64,000 nt of DNA from Squalus acanthias. Taxonomy: Eukaryota. The stretch is from the NCBI GenBank assembly GCA_030390025.1, contig CM059432.1, forward strand, positions 30,382,001 through 30,446,000, written 5' to 3'. Below are positions 36,450 to 49,292 of this stretch, one piece after another (position 1 is the first letter of the stretch; each line of letters starts with the position of its first letter). Made by a program: the position numbers and the translations under genes. The notes under the pieces are model-generated. The model worked only from the letters and a program-made list of their open reading frames with translations, was not told the DNA's origin and ran no database searches.

Positions 36450-38967
36450 ATATTTGTGCCTGGCGCTATTTTTTTCAACTTTGAAAAGTTAGTGCCCCAA
36501 ACGGGGCGTCACCGAATTTCTCCCCCTTAGTGTCAGAATTTGAATAAGAAAGCTCAGAAATGGAGAGAAGATGCTACACTGTAAACATTAGAAAAAAAAG
36601 GATGATTGTATTCAAGGTTGTAAACAGTAGAAGAGTTTGAATGACATTCAAACTCTTTGGTGTTCAGCCAACTGTTATTCTCTATATAATAGATTTGCAA
36701 TTAACTGCTGTTTTCTGTCGTTTAAAGTGGAGAGAGACATTTGTCTATTCAGCTGAACTGAATGCAGGCAATGCAATGTTTCATTGGGCTCCTATCATCT
36801 GTATTTAAAAGGTTTTAACCTTCAATGGAGAGTCATTACTTTATGGCAGGCACTTTCCTTGAATGTTTGATACTTGATGATTGTATAGAAGCATTCTACC
36901 TAAAATGGAACAAATCAGACAAACTCTCCCACACACACACACTCATAAAGTGTGATTGATTTTCTCACTATTGTGATTGAAATGTTACATTTCCTGAATC
37001 TGTGCTCAGCATCAATTCTTACAGCAGCACATCCTTTCTCTCAGTTCTTTTCGGGCCTATAATTAAAGAGGTAATTGCTTATTTTTTCAACTAATTATAA
37101 TAATAGCTGTACACAACTTCTACTGTAATATTAATATCTGTACGCTGTACGATTCAAATTAAACTGTGATACAGTAAAAAAATCATTTAAATGTGTTAAT
37201 ATCATACAGTGCAAGTTCTCACGTTTAAATCCACTTTTATGAGCAACCAGAGAAAAAAAGCGCAATTAAGCTTTTTAGTTAAGGCATCACAGTTTTTTAA
37301 AATTTGTTCCTGGGATGTGGGCGTCGTTGGCAAGGCCAGCATTTATTGCCCAACCCTAACTGCCCTTGAGAAGGTGGTGGTGAGCCACCTTCTTCAACCG
37401 CTGCAGTCCGTGTGGTGAAGGTACTCCCACAGTGCTGTTAAGGAGGGAGTTCAAGGATTTTGACCCGGTGACGATGAAGGAACGGCAATATATTTCCAAG
37501 TTAGGATGGTGTGTGACTTGGAGGGGAATTGGATGTGGTGGTGTTCCCATGCGCCTGCTGCCCTTGTCCTTCTAGGTGGAAGAGGTCGCAGGTTTGGGAG
37601 GTGCTGTCGAAGAAGCCTCGGCGATTTGCTGCAGTGCATCTTGTAGATGGTGCACACTGCAGCCACGGTGCACCAATGGTAGAGGGAGTGAATGTTTAAT
37701 GTGGTGGATGGGATGCCAAGCAAGCGGGCTGCTTTGTCCTGAATAGTTTCGAGCTTCTTGAGTGTTGTTGGAGCTGCACTCATCCAGGCAAGTGGAGAGT
37801 ATTCCATCACACTCCTGACTTGTGCCTTGTAGATGGTGGAAAGGCTTTGGGGAGTCAGAAGGGGAGACACTCATCGCCGAATACCCAGCATCTGATCTGC
37901 TATTGTAGCCACACTATTTAAGTGGCTGGTCCAGTTAAGTTTTTGGTCAATGGTGACCCCCAGGATGTTGATGGTGGGGGATTTGGCATTGTTAATCCCG
38001 TTGAATGTCAAGGGGCAGTGGTTAGACGCTCGATTGTTGGAGATAGCCATTGCCTGGCACTTGTGTGGCGCGAAGGTTACTTGCCACTTATCAGCCCAAG
38101 CCTGAACGTTGTCCAGGTCTTGCTGCATGCGGGCATAGACTACTTCATTATCTGAGGAGTTGCGAATGGAACTGAACACTGTGTAATCATCAGTGAACAT
38201 TCCCACTTCTGACCTTATGTTGGAGGGAAGGTCACTGATGAAGCAACTGAAGTTGGTTGGGCCTAGGACACTGCCCTGAGGAACTCCTGCAGCGATGTCC
38301 TGGGGCTGAGATGATTGAACTCCAACCACCACAACCACCTTCCTTTGTGCTAGATATGACTCCAGCCAGTGGGGAGTTTTCTCCTTGATTCCATTGACTT
38401 CAATTTTACGAGGGCTCCTTGATGCCACACTCGGTCAAATGTTACCTTGATGTCAAGGGGCGGTCTCTCTCACCTCACCTCTGGAATTCAGCTCTTTTGT
38501 CCATGTTTGGACTCAGGCTGTAATGAGGTCTGGAGCTGAGTGATCCTGGCAGAACCCAAACTAAGCATCAATGAGCAAGTTATGGTGAGGAAGTGCCACT
38601 TGATAGCACTGTCGATGACACCTTCCATCACTTTGCCAATGATTGAGAGTAAACTGATGGGGCGGTATTTGGCCGGATTGGATTTGTCCTACTTTTTGTG
38701 GACAGGACATACCTGGGCAGTTTTCCACATTATCGGGTAGATGCCAGTGTTGTAGCTGTACTGGAACAGCTTGGCTAGAGGCACGGCTAATTCTGGAGCA
38801 TAAGTCTTCAGCGTGACAGCCGGGATGTTGTCAGGGCACTCAGCTGTTCCTTGATATCACGTGGAGTGAATTGAATTGGCTGAAGACTGGCTTCTGTGTT
38901 GGTGGGGATGTCAGGAGGAGGCCGAGATGGATCATCCACTCGGCACTTCTTGCTGAAGATGGTTGGA

Positions 38968-39032
38968 AATAGAAACATAGAAACATAGAAAATAGGTACA
39001 GGAGTAGACCATTCGGTCCTTCGAGCCTGCTT
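38968..39032 (-). mobile_element. Ultra-short CR1 3' tail insertion
   Basis: AGAAACATAGAAACATAG plus GGAGTAGACCATTCGG stem-loop only. Confidence 0.75.
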
Positions 39033-40877
39033 CAAACTTGTCTTTTGCACGCACGTGCTGGGTTCCACCATCAATCAGGATGGGGATATTCATGGAGCCT
39101 CCTTCTCCCGTTAGTTGTTTAATTGTCTACCACCATTCATGACTGGATGTGGCAGAACTGCAGAGCTTTGATCTGCACTCCTCATTGAACCAGGGTTGGT
39201 TCCCTGGCTTGACGGTAATGGTAAAGTGAGGGATATGCCGGGCCATGAGGTTACAGATTGTGGTGTAATACAATTCTGCTGCTGCTGATGGCTCACAGCG
39301 CCTCATGGAAGCACAGTTTTGAGCTGCTAGATCTGTTCTGAATCTATCCCATTTAGCATGTGGTAGTGCCACACATCACGATAGAGGGTCCTAAGTGTGA
39401 AGACGGGACTTCGTCTCCACAAGAACTGTGCAGTGGTCAGTCCTACCAATACTGTCATGGATAGATGCATCTACGACAGGTAAATTAGTGAGGATGAGGT
39501 CAAGTAGGTTTTTCCCTTGTGTTGGTTCTCTCACCACCTGCCGCAGGCCCACTTTGGCTGTTATGTCCTTCAGGACTCAGTCAGCTCGGTCAGTAGTGGT
39601 GCTACCGAGCCACTCTTGGTGATGGACATTGAAATCCTCCATCCAGAGTGCATTCTGTGCCCTTGCTACCCTCAGTGCTTCTTCAACTGGTGTTCAACAT
39701 GGAGGAGTACTGATTCATCAGCTGAGGGAGGGAGGGTGGTAGGTAGTAATCAGCCGGAGGTTTCCTTGCCCATGCTTGACCTGAAGCCATGAGACTTCAT
39801 GCGGTCCGGAGTCAATGTTGAGGACTCCCAGGTTCACTCCCTCCTGATTGCTTACCACTGTGCCCTACCAGTGGGACAGGACATACCCAGGGATGGCGAT
39901 GGAGGAGTCTGGGACATTGGCTGGAAGGTATGATTCTGTGAGTATGACTATGTCGGGCTGTTGCTTGACTAGTCTGTGCGACAGCTCTCCCAATTTTGGC
40001 ACAAGTCCCCAGATGTTAGTGAGGAAGACTTTGCAGCGTCGACTGGGCTGGGTGTGCCATTGTCATGTCCGAAGCCGGTGCCTAGGTCGATGCCAGATGG
40101 TCCGTCCAGTTTTATTCTTATTATTGTTTTTTGTAGTGGTTGGTATAAGTGAGTGGCTTGCTGGGCCATTTAAGAGAGCAGTTAAGAGTCAACCACATTG
40201 CTGGAGTCACATATAGGCCAGACCAGGTAAGGACGGCAGATTAGTGAACCATAGAGTCATAGAATCATAGAATCATAGAAAGGTTACAGCACAGAAGGAG
40301 GCCATTCGGCCCGTCGAGCCCATGCCGGCTCTCTGCAAGAGCACTTCAGCTAGTCCCACTCCCCCGCCCTTTCCCCATAGCCCTGCAGAATTTTTTCCTT
40401 CAGGTACTTGTCCAATTCCCTTTTGAAAGTCACGATTGAATCTGCCTCCACCACCCTTGCAGGCAGTGCATTCCGGATTCTAACCACTCGCTGCGTAAAA
40501 AAGTTTTTCCTCATGTCACCTTTGGTTCTTTTACCAATCACCTTAAATCTGTGTCCTCTGGTTCTCGACCCTTACACTAATAGGAACAGTTTCTCTCTAT
40601 CTACTCTGTCTAGTCCCCTCATGATTTTGAACACCTCTATCAAATCTCCTCTCAATCTTCTTTGCTCCAAGGAGAATAACACCAGCTTCTCCAGTCTATC
40701 AATGTAACTGAAGTCCCTTATCCCTGGAATCAATCTCGTAAATCTTTTCTGCACCCTCTCTAAGGCCTTCACATCCTTCCTAAAGTGCGGTGCCCAGAAT
40801 TGAATACAATACTCCAGTTGAGGCTGAACCAGTGTTTTATAAAGGTTCATCATAACTTCCTTGCTTTTGTACTCTAT

Positions 40878-41554
40878 GGGCTGGATTTTCATTGACCTGT
40901 GGAGGCGGGTTTGGAGGCGTGTGGGGGGTTAAATTGCGAAAAGTGGCGGGCGGGCACAAGTCCGCCTCCATCCCGCCTCCACGCAATTTTCATTAAATCG
41001 TGTCTGCTGGTCCCGACTCCGTCCCGCCTTTAAGAGATGGGATAGGCTGTTAAGGCCCTTAACAAGCACTAAATTGGCTCTATAATGCCATTTTGAAAGG
41101 CCTTTGTGATTTTAACCCTTGTTCTACGTGAAGCACGCCTGTTCTGAACCACGATTGTGAAACCTGGCGGTAACACATTTCGAAAGCTGACTATCAGCTG
41201 CAGGTCCACTATTACAACGGAGTAGTAGTAGTAGTCGGAAAAATCTCTGGGAGCAGACGTAGGGCTGCTGCTGCTCATTTTGCCTTCAGTCTCTCTCTCT
41301 CTCTCATTTTGCATCCTCTCACAGCAAAGGCCAGGCAGTCTCTGAAGACCTTCAATGCAGCAGCAATGATGACATCATCAGAGGCGACTTTCAGACTGAA
41401 AACACTAATTGGTTTAGGGGTTCCCACATGCTGGAACTCAATTGCCCAATTAGGTGAAATTTGCATCAATCTCCCACATCCAATTGCAGTTGGGTGGATA
41501 ACACGAAAAGTGGATGACACGACCCCAACCCGCCCCAGTATCAAAATCCAGCCC
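40878..41554. mobile_element. Harbinger MITE
   Basis: Perfect TIR GGGCTGGATTTT/AAAATCCAGCCC; TSD TAT/TAT. Confidence 0.92.
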
Positions 41555-42005
41555 TATGCCTCTATTTATGAATCCCAGGATCCCGTATGCTTTTTTAAGC
41601 ACTTTCTCAACCTGTCCTGCCATCTCAATGATTTGTGCACATATACCCCCAGGTCTCTCTGTTCGTGCATCCCCTTTAGAATTGTACCATTTAGTTTATA
41701 TTGCCTCTCCTCGTTCTTCCTACCAAAATGTATCACTTTGTACTTTTCTGCATTAAATTTCATCTGCCACACGTCCACTCATTTCACCAGCCTGTCTGTG
41801 TCTTCCTGAAGTCTATCACTATCCTCACTGTTCACTATGCTTCCAAGTTTTGTGTCATCTGCAAATTTTGAAATTGTACCCTCTACTCCCAAGTCCAAGT
41901 CATTAATATATATCAAGAAAAGCAGTGGTCCTAGTACCAACCCCTGGGGAACACCACTGTATACCTTCCTCCAGTCCGAAAAACAACCGTTCACCACTAC
42001 TCTCT

Positions 42006-42749
42006 GGCCCAGAAATTGATCTCGCTCTGTTCCCGCGGGGGTAAGCCTTCCCCGCGATGTCTCACCTCGCTTATGCTTTTTCTGATCCAGCTCGCACGAA
42101 CTTGATGTTCCAGACATCAGCTGTGCTGGGCTTGCGTATCCCAGCGGCGCAGTTAATTCGTGCGAGCTGTGGGATCACGTGACTCAGTTAGAGCCAATGG
42201 CAGCACACCATCTTCCATTCATAAGTCTCACAGCATGGCTGTGAGACTTATGAATCTTACACCCCCCCAAAATAACAGCTAAACCTCAATTAAATTTTTT
42301 AAAAAAACCATCACATTAATAAAATAAGTATAGTTAATTAAATTAACCATTTTAAATAAAAAATTAAATTTTTGAAAAAATTTAAAATCTTTTAAAAAGT
42401 TATAAAAATAAACTTACCTGTCTTTAAAGTCTATAAAAAAGATATACCTGTAAAAAAAAATTCAAAAAAATACTTAATTCACTACTTACCTTCTTAAAAG
42501 CGGGTCTTACTCCTCCTTTTTACATTTCCAAAATCTTCCCTACTTACCTGCGCGTCCAAAGCATGACGTGCACAGCGTGCGCGCAGCCTGTAGCGCGCAC
42601 GCGATGCACTCAGGCCCCGCCCCCTTTTCGGAAGAGCAATTGCCGGTTTTCAGCGCATGCGCAGGGCATGCAGAAAACCGGCAATTGGAGTGGGAATACG
42701 CGAGAGTACGCAGTGCGTACTCTCGCGTCCCGGGATCAATTTTCGGCCC
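42006..42749. mobile_element. Harbinger-type MITE related to 32115-32877
   Basis: GGCCCAGAAATTGATC / GATCAATTTTCGGCCC; same internal layout. Confidence 0.82.
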
Positions 42750-44050
42750 ATTGTTTCCTGTCACTTAGCCAATTTCGTATCCATGGTGCCACTGTCCCTT
42801 TTATGGAATGGGCTTCAACTTTGCTGGTCAGCCTATTATGTGGCACTTTATCAAACGCCTTTTGGAAGTCCATATACACCACGTCAAACGCATTGCCTTC
42901 ATCAACCCTCTCTGTTACCTCATCAAAAAACTTGATCCAGTTAGTTAACAAATCCGTGCTGGCTTTCCTTAATTAATCCACACTTGTCCAAGTGACTGTT
43001 AACTCTTTCACTATGACTTTGGCAGCATCTTCTTCCTTGGTGAAGACAGATGTAAAGTACTCATTTAGTACCTCAGCCATACCCTTTGCCTCCATGCGTA
43101 GGTCTCCTTGTTGGTCCCTAATCGGCCCCACCCCTCCTCTTACTACCCATTTATTATTTATATGCCTATAGAAGACTTTTGAATTTCCTTTTATGTTAGC
43201 TGCCAATCTATTCTCATACTCACTCTTTGCCCCTTTTATTTTCTTTTTCACTTCCCCTCTGAACTTTCTTTATTCAGCCTGATTCTCACTTGTATTCTCA
43301 ACCTGACATCTGTCATACGCTCCTTTTTCTGTTTCATCTTTCTATCTCTTTCATCATCCAGGGAGCTCTGGCATTAGTTGCCCTACCTTTCCCCCTTGTG
43401 GGACTGTACCTCAACTGTACCTGAACCATCTCCTCTTTAAAGGCAGTCCATTGTTCGATTACAGTTTTGCCTGCCAATCTTTGATTCCAATTTACCCGGG
43501 CCAGATCCATTCTCAACCCACTGAAATTTGCCTTCCTCCAATCAAGTAATTTTACTCTAGATTGCTCGCTGTCCTTTTCCATAGCTAACTTAAACTGTTA
43601 TGATACTATGATCACTGTTCCCTAAATGTTCCCCTACTGACACTTGCTCCACTTGACCCACTTCATTCCCCAGAACCAGATACAGCAATGCCTCCTTCCT
43701 CATTGGGTCGGAAACATACTGATTAAGAAAGATCTCCTGAACACACTTCAGAAATTCTTCCTCATCTCTGCCCTTTACACTATTACTATCCCAGTCTATA
43801 TTAGGATAATTGAAGTCCCCCATCATTACTACTCTATAGTTCTTGCACCTCTCTGTAATTTGAGTTTTCTCAACAATCCAATAGTTTCATCAACACCATT
43901 ACTGATACTAGCTTTTTATTCAAAATTTATTTAATTAACTCAATTTAAATTCCCCATCTGCTGTGGTGGGATTTGAATTGATATTTCTGGATCATTAGTC
44001 CAGACCTCTGGATTGCTAGTCCAGTAACATAACCACTATGCTGCCATACC

Positions 44051-44730
44051 ATTTTTTTCAACATCAAATCATACATGAGCAAAAATTGTCTTTAACTTAA
44101 CATCGGCAAAACTGAATCCAGCCTGATCGGCTCCCAGCAAAAACTCTGCACCCTGGAGTCTGATTACATCCCCCTCCTTGACTGTTTGCTCAGGATGAAC
44201 CTAATGGTTGTTTACCTCTGTGTCCAGTTTGACTCTGAGCTAAGCTTCAAACTTCACATCATAGCAACCATCAAGACCACCTGTTTCCCATCTGCCATCA
44301 TTACTTTCCTTGCTGGTCTCTCAAGTTCCACCCTTCAGAAACTGCAATGCATTCAAAGCTCTGCCAACTGCATTCTATCCCACATTAGATCCTGCAACGC
44401 AAGTCCTTGCCAACCACCATTGTCTCCCCATCCCTAAATGCATCAAATTCAAAATCCATGTCCTTGTTTACAAGTCCCATCACGGCCTCCTTCCTCTTCA
44501 CCTCTACAAATACATCCAGCCCTGCCTCCCAGTTCGTATCCTCTGCTTTTACAGCTCTGGCCTTCCTTGAATTCCTCCCACCATTCCTACTCTACCTTCA
44601 GCAGCTTTGACTCTGCAGTCTAGAATGCTCTCCTTAAATCTTTCTAACTCTGTTCCTTCCTTCAAAAGCCTCCTCAAAACCTACCACTTTGACCTTGTCT
44701 CCAGTCACCTCACCTAATCTTTCTCTAATC
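44051..44730 (+). mobile_element. Decayed L2 3' region
   Basis: LQCIQSSA, IKFKIHVLVYKSHHGLLP, CTTCAAAAGCCTCCTCAAAACC. Confidence 0.7.
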
Positions 44731-44741
44731 GCTGATTGAAT

Positions 44742-45295
44742 AGCAACAACAACTTGTATTTATATAGCGCCTTTAACATAGTAAAATGTCCCAAGGCGCT
44801 TCACAGGAGTATTATAAGACAAAAAAATTGACACCGAGTCACAGAACGAGAAATTAGGGCAGATGACCAAAACCTTGGTCAAAGAGGTAGGTTTTAAGGA
44901 GCGTCTTAAAGGAGGAAAGAGAGGTAGTGAGGTGGAGAGGTTTAGGCAGGGAATTCCAGAGCTTAGGGCCTAGTCAACAGAAGGCACGGCTACCAATGGT
45001 TGAGCGATTATAATCAGGGATGCTCAAGAGGGCAGAATTAGAGGAGCGCAGATATCTCAGGAGGTTGTGGGGCTGGAGGAGATTACAGAGATAGGGAGGG
45101 GAGAGGCCATGGAGGGATTTGAAAACAAGGATGAGAATTTTGAAATGGAGGCGTTGCTTAACCAGGAGCCAATGTAGGTCAGCGAGCACAGGGGTGATGG
45201 GCGAATGGGACTTGGTGCGAGTTAGGACACGGGCAGCCGAGTTTTGGATGACCTCAAGTTTCCGTAGGGTAGAACGTGAGAGGCTAGCCAGGAAT
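44742..45295 (-). mobile_element. L2 LINE 3' end
   Basis: LADLHWLLVKQRLHFKILILVFKSLHGLSPPYL; GGCGCTATATAAATACAAG(TTG)n tail. Confidence 0.9.
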
Positions 45296-45354
45296 GGAGA
45301 GAAGATTTAACACTGTATTCATTGGAACAAAATTGTTGCCTCTAGTCACAACCA

Positions 45355-45765
45355 GTGTGGCTAAGTGGTAGCACTCTTGCTTCTGAGTCAGGGTTCAATC
45401 CTCCCTCTTGGACTTGAGTATATAATGTTGGTTGACACTTCAGTGCAGCCACAGAGAGTGCTGCATTCTTGGCAGTGCTATCTTTCTGATGCGATGCTGT
45501 AACAAGGCCCTGCCTGTTCAGATGGATGTTAAAGGTTCCACTACACTTTTTCACAGGAGAGCAAGGAGTTCTCCTGGTGTCTTGGACAACATTCATCCCT
45601 CAACCAAAACAGATTAACTGGTCATTTAACTTGTGGGACTTTACTGCAAGCAAATTAGCTGCTGAGCTTGGCTGCAAACCTACACTTCAGAAATAATTCA
45701 TTGGCTGAGAAATAATTTGGGATGTCTTGAGAATGTGAAAGGTGCTATATAAATGCAAGTTCTTT
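45355..45765 (+). mobile_element. SacSINE1-like Deu-SINE
   Basis: A box TGGCTAAGTGG, B box GGTTCAATCC, L2-like tail GGTGCTATATAAATGCAAG. Confidence 0.75.
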
Positions 45766-46593
45766 TTAAAGATGCTGTAAAATTGCTGAGTTATCTCATT
45801 GTTTTCTACTCTTTAGCTTTGCCCCCCCCCTCGTGCCTATCCAAAAAAAGACAGACAGACTATCTGTTACCAAAGCTGTGACCAATTCAATTCTCAGCTC
45901 TGTAACCAGCCAATAATAGGCATATAGAGGCAGCCTGAAGCACCTAACCTCTGCTCAGCATCACTGTCTGACGGCATGACCAAGATCATAAACTCACCGT
46001 GTGAAAATTCATAGGTAGAAAAAGTCACTGTTCCTGTTCCATTTTGCACTCAATATTTTTCTGTCTTTCTTAGAAAGCAGAAGCTATCAGCTGAAGGCAT
46101 GGCTCCTAAATCCAATGGCAGACTCCCAGGTTAAAAAGAGAAAGTACTGGAAAACACAATGGGTGAAAAATTCGGCTCCGTAGCACCTCATTTTTTCGGC
46201 GCTATGGGTGCCGTTTTATGTCAAAAATGGTGCCCACACCATGCACGCACACTTCTGGTGCGTGCCGCGACGCACGCCATCATAGTGAGAGCGGTAGGGC
46301 GGCGTTAGGAGCGGCACCGGAAGTATGCAGAGTGCGAAGATCGTGATGTCAATCAGGGTGCAACTGTCTTAACCTCGCACAGCTGAACATGCAGTCAACA
46401 TCAGCAAGGACCCCCCACCAACGCTATTTAAAGGGATCAGCAACCACTCTAAAGTTAGTTGCTGATTAATTTCTACTGGCTCTGTGTAAGTTTGTGGAAG
46501 TGTTTGGAGCTTTCCAGAGTTGTTTAAAGTTGGTGAGGTGACAGGGAGTGGTGCTGCGGGAGAAGGTCCTGTTCAGACCACTTGCTCCCAGTC

Positions 46594-49292
46594 ATGGGTG
46601 CTCTAGTTGTCATCCCCCTTGGCCTGCAGCATGACAGGGAGATGGAGCAGAGGCTGCAAAGAAGAGGACAAGCTGCTCACAGAGGGAGGTGGAGAAGGGG
46701 GAAAAGGTCTCTCAGCAGGAGACCTTACCTACCTAGGGCCTTCCGAGAGCAATTCTCTTACATCAGCCTGAGCCAGGAGCAGTGTGTGAGGAGTCTGCGC
46801 TTTACAAAGGAGGAGCTGTCAGATCTCTGCCGCCTTTTGCAACCAGTCCTGCAGCCTCACAGCAGGGCAAGGAAAATAATTCCAGTGGCTGTGAAGGTGA
46901 CCATGGCCATGAATTTCTTCGATTCGGGATCCTTCCAGGCTGGAGCAGGCAACATCTGTAACATCTCCCAGTTCGCCGTCCACTGCTGCATAAAAGAGGT
47001 GACAGACGCTCTTTATGCCAGGAGAGATTACTTCATTGTCTTCATTGTCTGAACAGAGAGAAGCAGGCAGAGCATGCACGTGGCTTTGTCAGGATAGCGG
47101 GCTTTCATAAGAACATAAGAACATAAGAAATAGGAGCAGGAGTAGACCAATCGGCCCCTCGAGCCTGCTCCGCCATTCAATGAGATCATGGCTGATCTGA
47201 TCCAACCTCAACTCTAAAGAACACAAGAAGTAGGAGCAGGACCAGGCCACTCGGCCCCTGGGCCCGCTCCGCCACCCACAGGGCCTTGACCGATCTGAAC
47301 TCAAACTCATGTCCAATTTCCAGCCCGCTCCCCGTAACCCCTGATTCCCTTTACTTCTAGGAAACGGTCTATTTCTGTTTTAAATTTATTTAATGAAGTA
47401 GCTTCCACAGCTTCCTAGGGTAGCAAATTCCACAGACCCACTACCCTCTGAGTGAAAAAGTTTCTCCTCATCTCAGTTTTGAAAGAGGAGCCCCTTATTC
47501 TAAGATTATGTCCCCTAGTTCTAGTTTCACCCATCATTGGGAACATCCTCACCGCGTCCACCCGATCAAGCCCCTTCACAATCTTATATGTTTCAATAAG
47601 ATCGCCTCTCATTCTTCTGAACTCCAATGAGTAGAGTCCCAATCTACTCAACCTCTCCTCGTATGTCCACCCCCTCATCCCCGGAATTAACCGAGTGAAC
47701 CTTCTTTGTACTGCCTCGAGAGCAAGTATGTCTTTTCTTAAGTATGGACACCAAAACTGTATGCAGTACTCCAGGTGCGGTCTCACCAATACCCTATACA
47801 ACTGCATCAATACCTCCCTGTTTTTATATTCTATCCCCCTAGCAATAAAAGCCAACATTCCATTGGCTTTCTTGATCACCTGCTGCACCTGCATACTAAC
47901 TTTTTGATTTTCTTGCACCAAGACCCCCAGATCCCTTTGTACTGCAGTACTTTCCAGTTTCTCGCCATTAAGATAATAACTTGCTCTCTGATTTTTCCTG
48001 CCAAAGTGCATAACCTCACATTTTCCAATATTGTATTGCATCTGCCAAATCTCTGCCCACTCACCCAGCCTGTCTATATCCCCTTGTAGGTTTTTTATGT
48101 CCTCCTCACTCTCTACTTTCCCTCCCATCTTTGTATCATCTGCAAACTTTGATATGTTACACTCGGTCCCCTCCTCCAAATCGTTAATATAGATTGTAAA
48201 GAGTTGGGGACCCAGCACCGACCCCTGCGGAACACCACTGGCTACTGGTTGCCAGTCCGAGAATGAACCATTTATCCCAACTCTCTGCTTCCTGTTAGAT
48301 AACCAATCCTCCACCCATGCCAGAATATTACCCCCAATCCAGTGATTTTTATCTTGAGTAATAATCTTTTATGTGGCACCTTGTCGAATGCCTTCTGGAA
48401 GTCTAAATACACTACATCCACTGGTTCCCCTTTATCCACCCTGTACGTTATGTCCTCAAAGAACTCGAGCAAATTTGTCAGACATGACTTCCCCTTCATA
48501 AAGCCATGCTGACTTTGTCCTATTAAATTATGTTTATCTAAATGTTCCGTTACTGTCTCCTTAATAATAGACTCCAAAATTTTACCCACCACAGATGTTA
48601 GACTAACTGGTCTATAATTTCCAGCCTTCTGCCTACAACCCATGGTGCAGGGCGCCATCGACTGCACTCGTGTGGCTTTGCGGGCACCGCATCTAAATGC
48701 TTAGATGTACCGCAACCGCAAAGGTTTCCACTCACACTTGGTGTGTGACTATGCTCAGCATATTGTGATGGTGAATGCCCAGTATCCTGGCAGCAGTCCT
48801 GATGCTTTTATTCTGCGCCAGTCCGCTATTCCCTCAGTCTTTGTGCCACCACGTCAAACCAGAGGCTGGCTGCTGGGCGACAAGGGCTATCCCTTGACCA
48901 CCTGGCTCATGACTTTGCTCCACAACCCAAGCACATGTGACCAGTATGCGTACAATGAGAGCCATGCTGCCACACAAAACATTATAGAGCAGAGCATTGG
49001 GGTGCTGAAGCAAAGGTTCCGCTGCCTGGACTGCTCTGGAGGAGCCCTGCAGTACTCACCAGAGCGTGTCTTAAGATTCGTTGTGGTCTGCTGCATGCTC
49101 CACAACCTCGCCATCATAAGGGCACAGCCCTTGCCAGCAAGCATATGGCGACCAGCTGAGGAGGAGGAGAAAGAGGAGGAGAAGGAGGATGAGGATGTGG
49201 AGAAGGAGGAAGTGGAACGGAGGAAGCAACCCAGACAGCCCTTTTTTGCCCGGGCTGTCTGTGATCAACTCATCCGACTGCGGTTCCAGTGA
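46594..49292 (+). pseudogene. HARBI1-like DDE transposase split by a CR1
   Basis: LRFTKE, FFDSGSFQ, GAIDC, YRNRKGFHS, YPGS, GDKGY, IEQSIGVLKQRFRCL, CCMLHN. Confidence 0.92.
47106..48638 (-). mobile_element. 5'-truncated CR1 inserted in the transposase
   Basis: RT ORFs 47415-48314 and 48272-48630; (TTCTTATG)n tail. Confidence 0.93.

Larger units (their letters stand above)
40252..43860 (-). mobile_element. CR1 LINE, 5'-truncated in the APE domain, containing two MITEs
   Basis: MGDFNYP...SDH at 43590-43826, RT pieces, (ATTCTATG)n tail. Confidence 0.9.
37293..44050 (-). mobile_element. Near full-length family X LINE (37293-40251 plus 43861-44050) with tRNA-like head
   Basis: APE-RT remnants (GVPQGSVLGP, FTDD); leader TTAGTGAACCA|...|TGAGTTTTCTCAACAATCC rejoins as at 1613-1650; head has A/B boxes. 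Confidence 0.85.
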
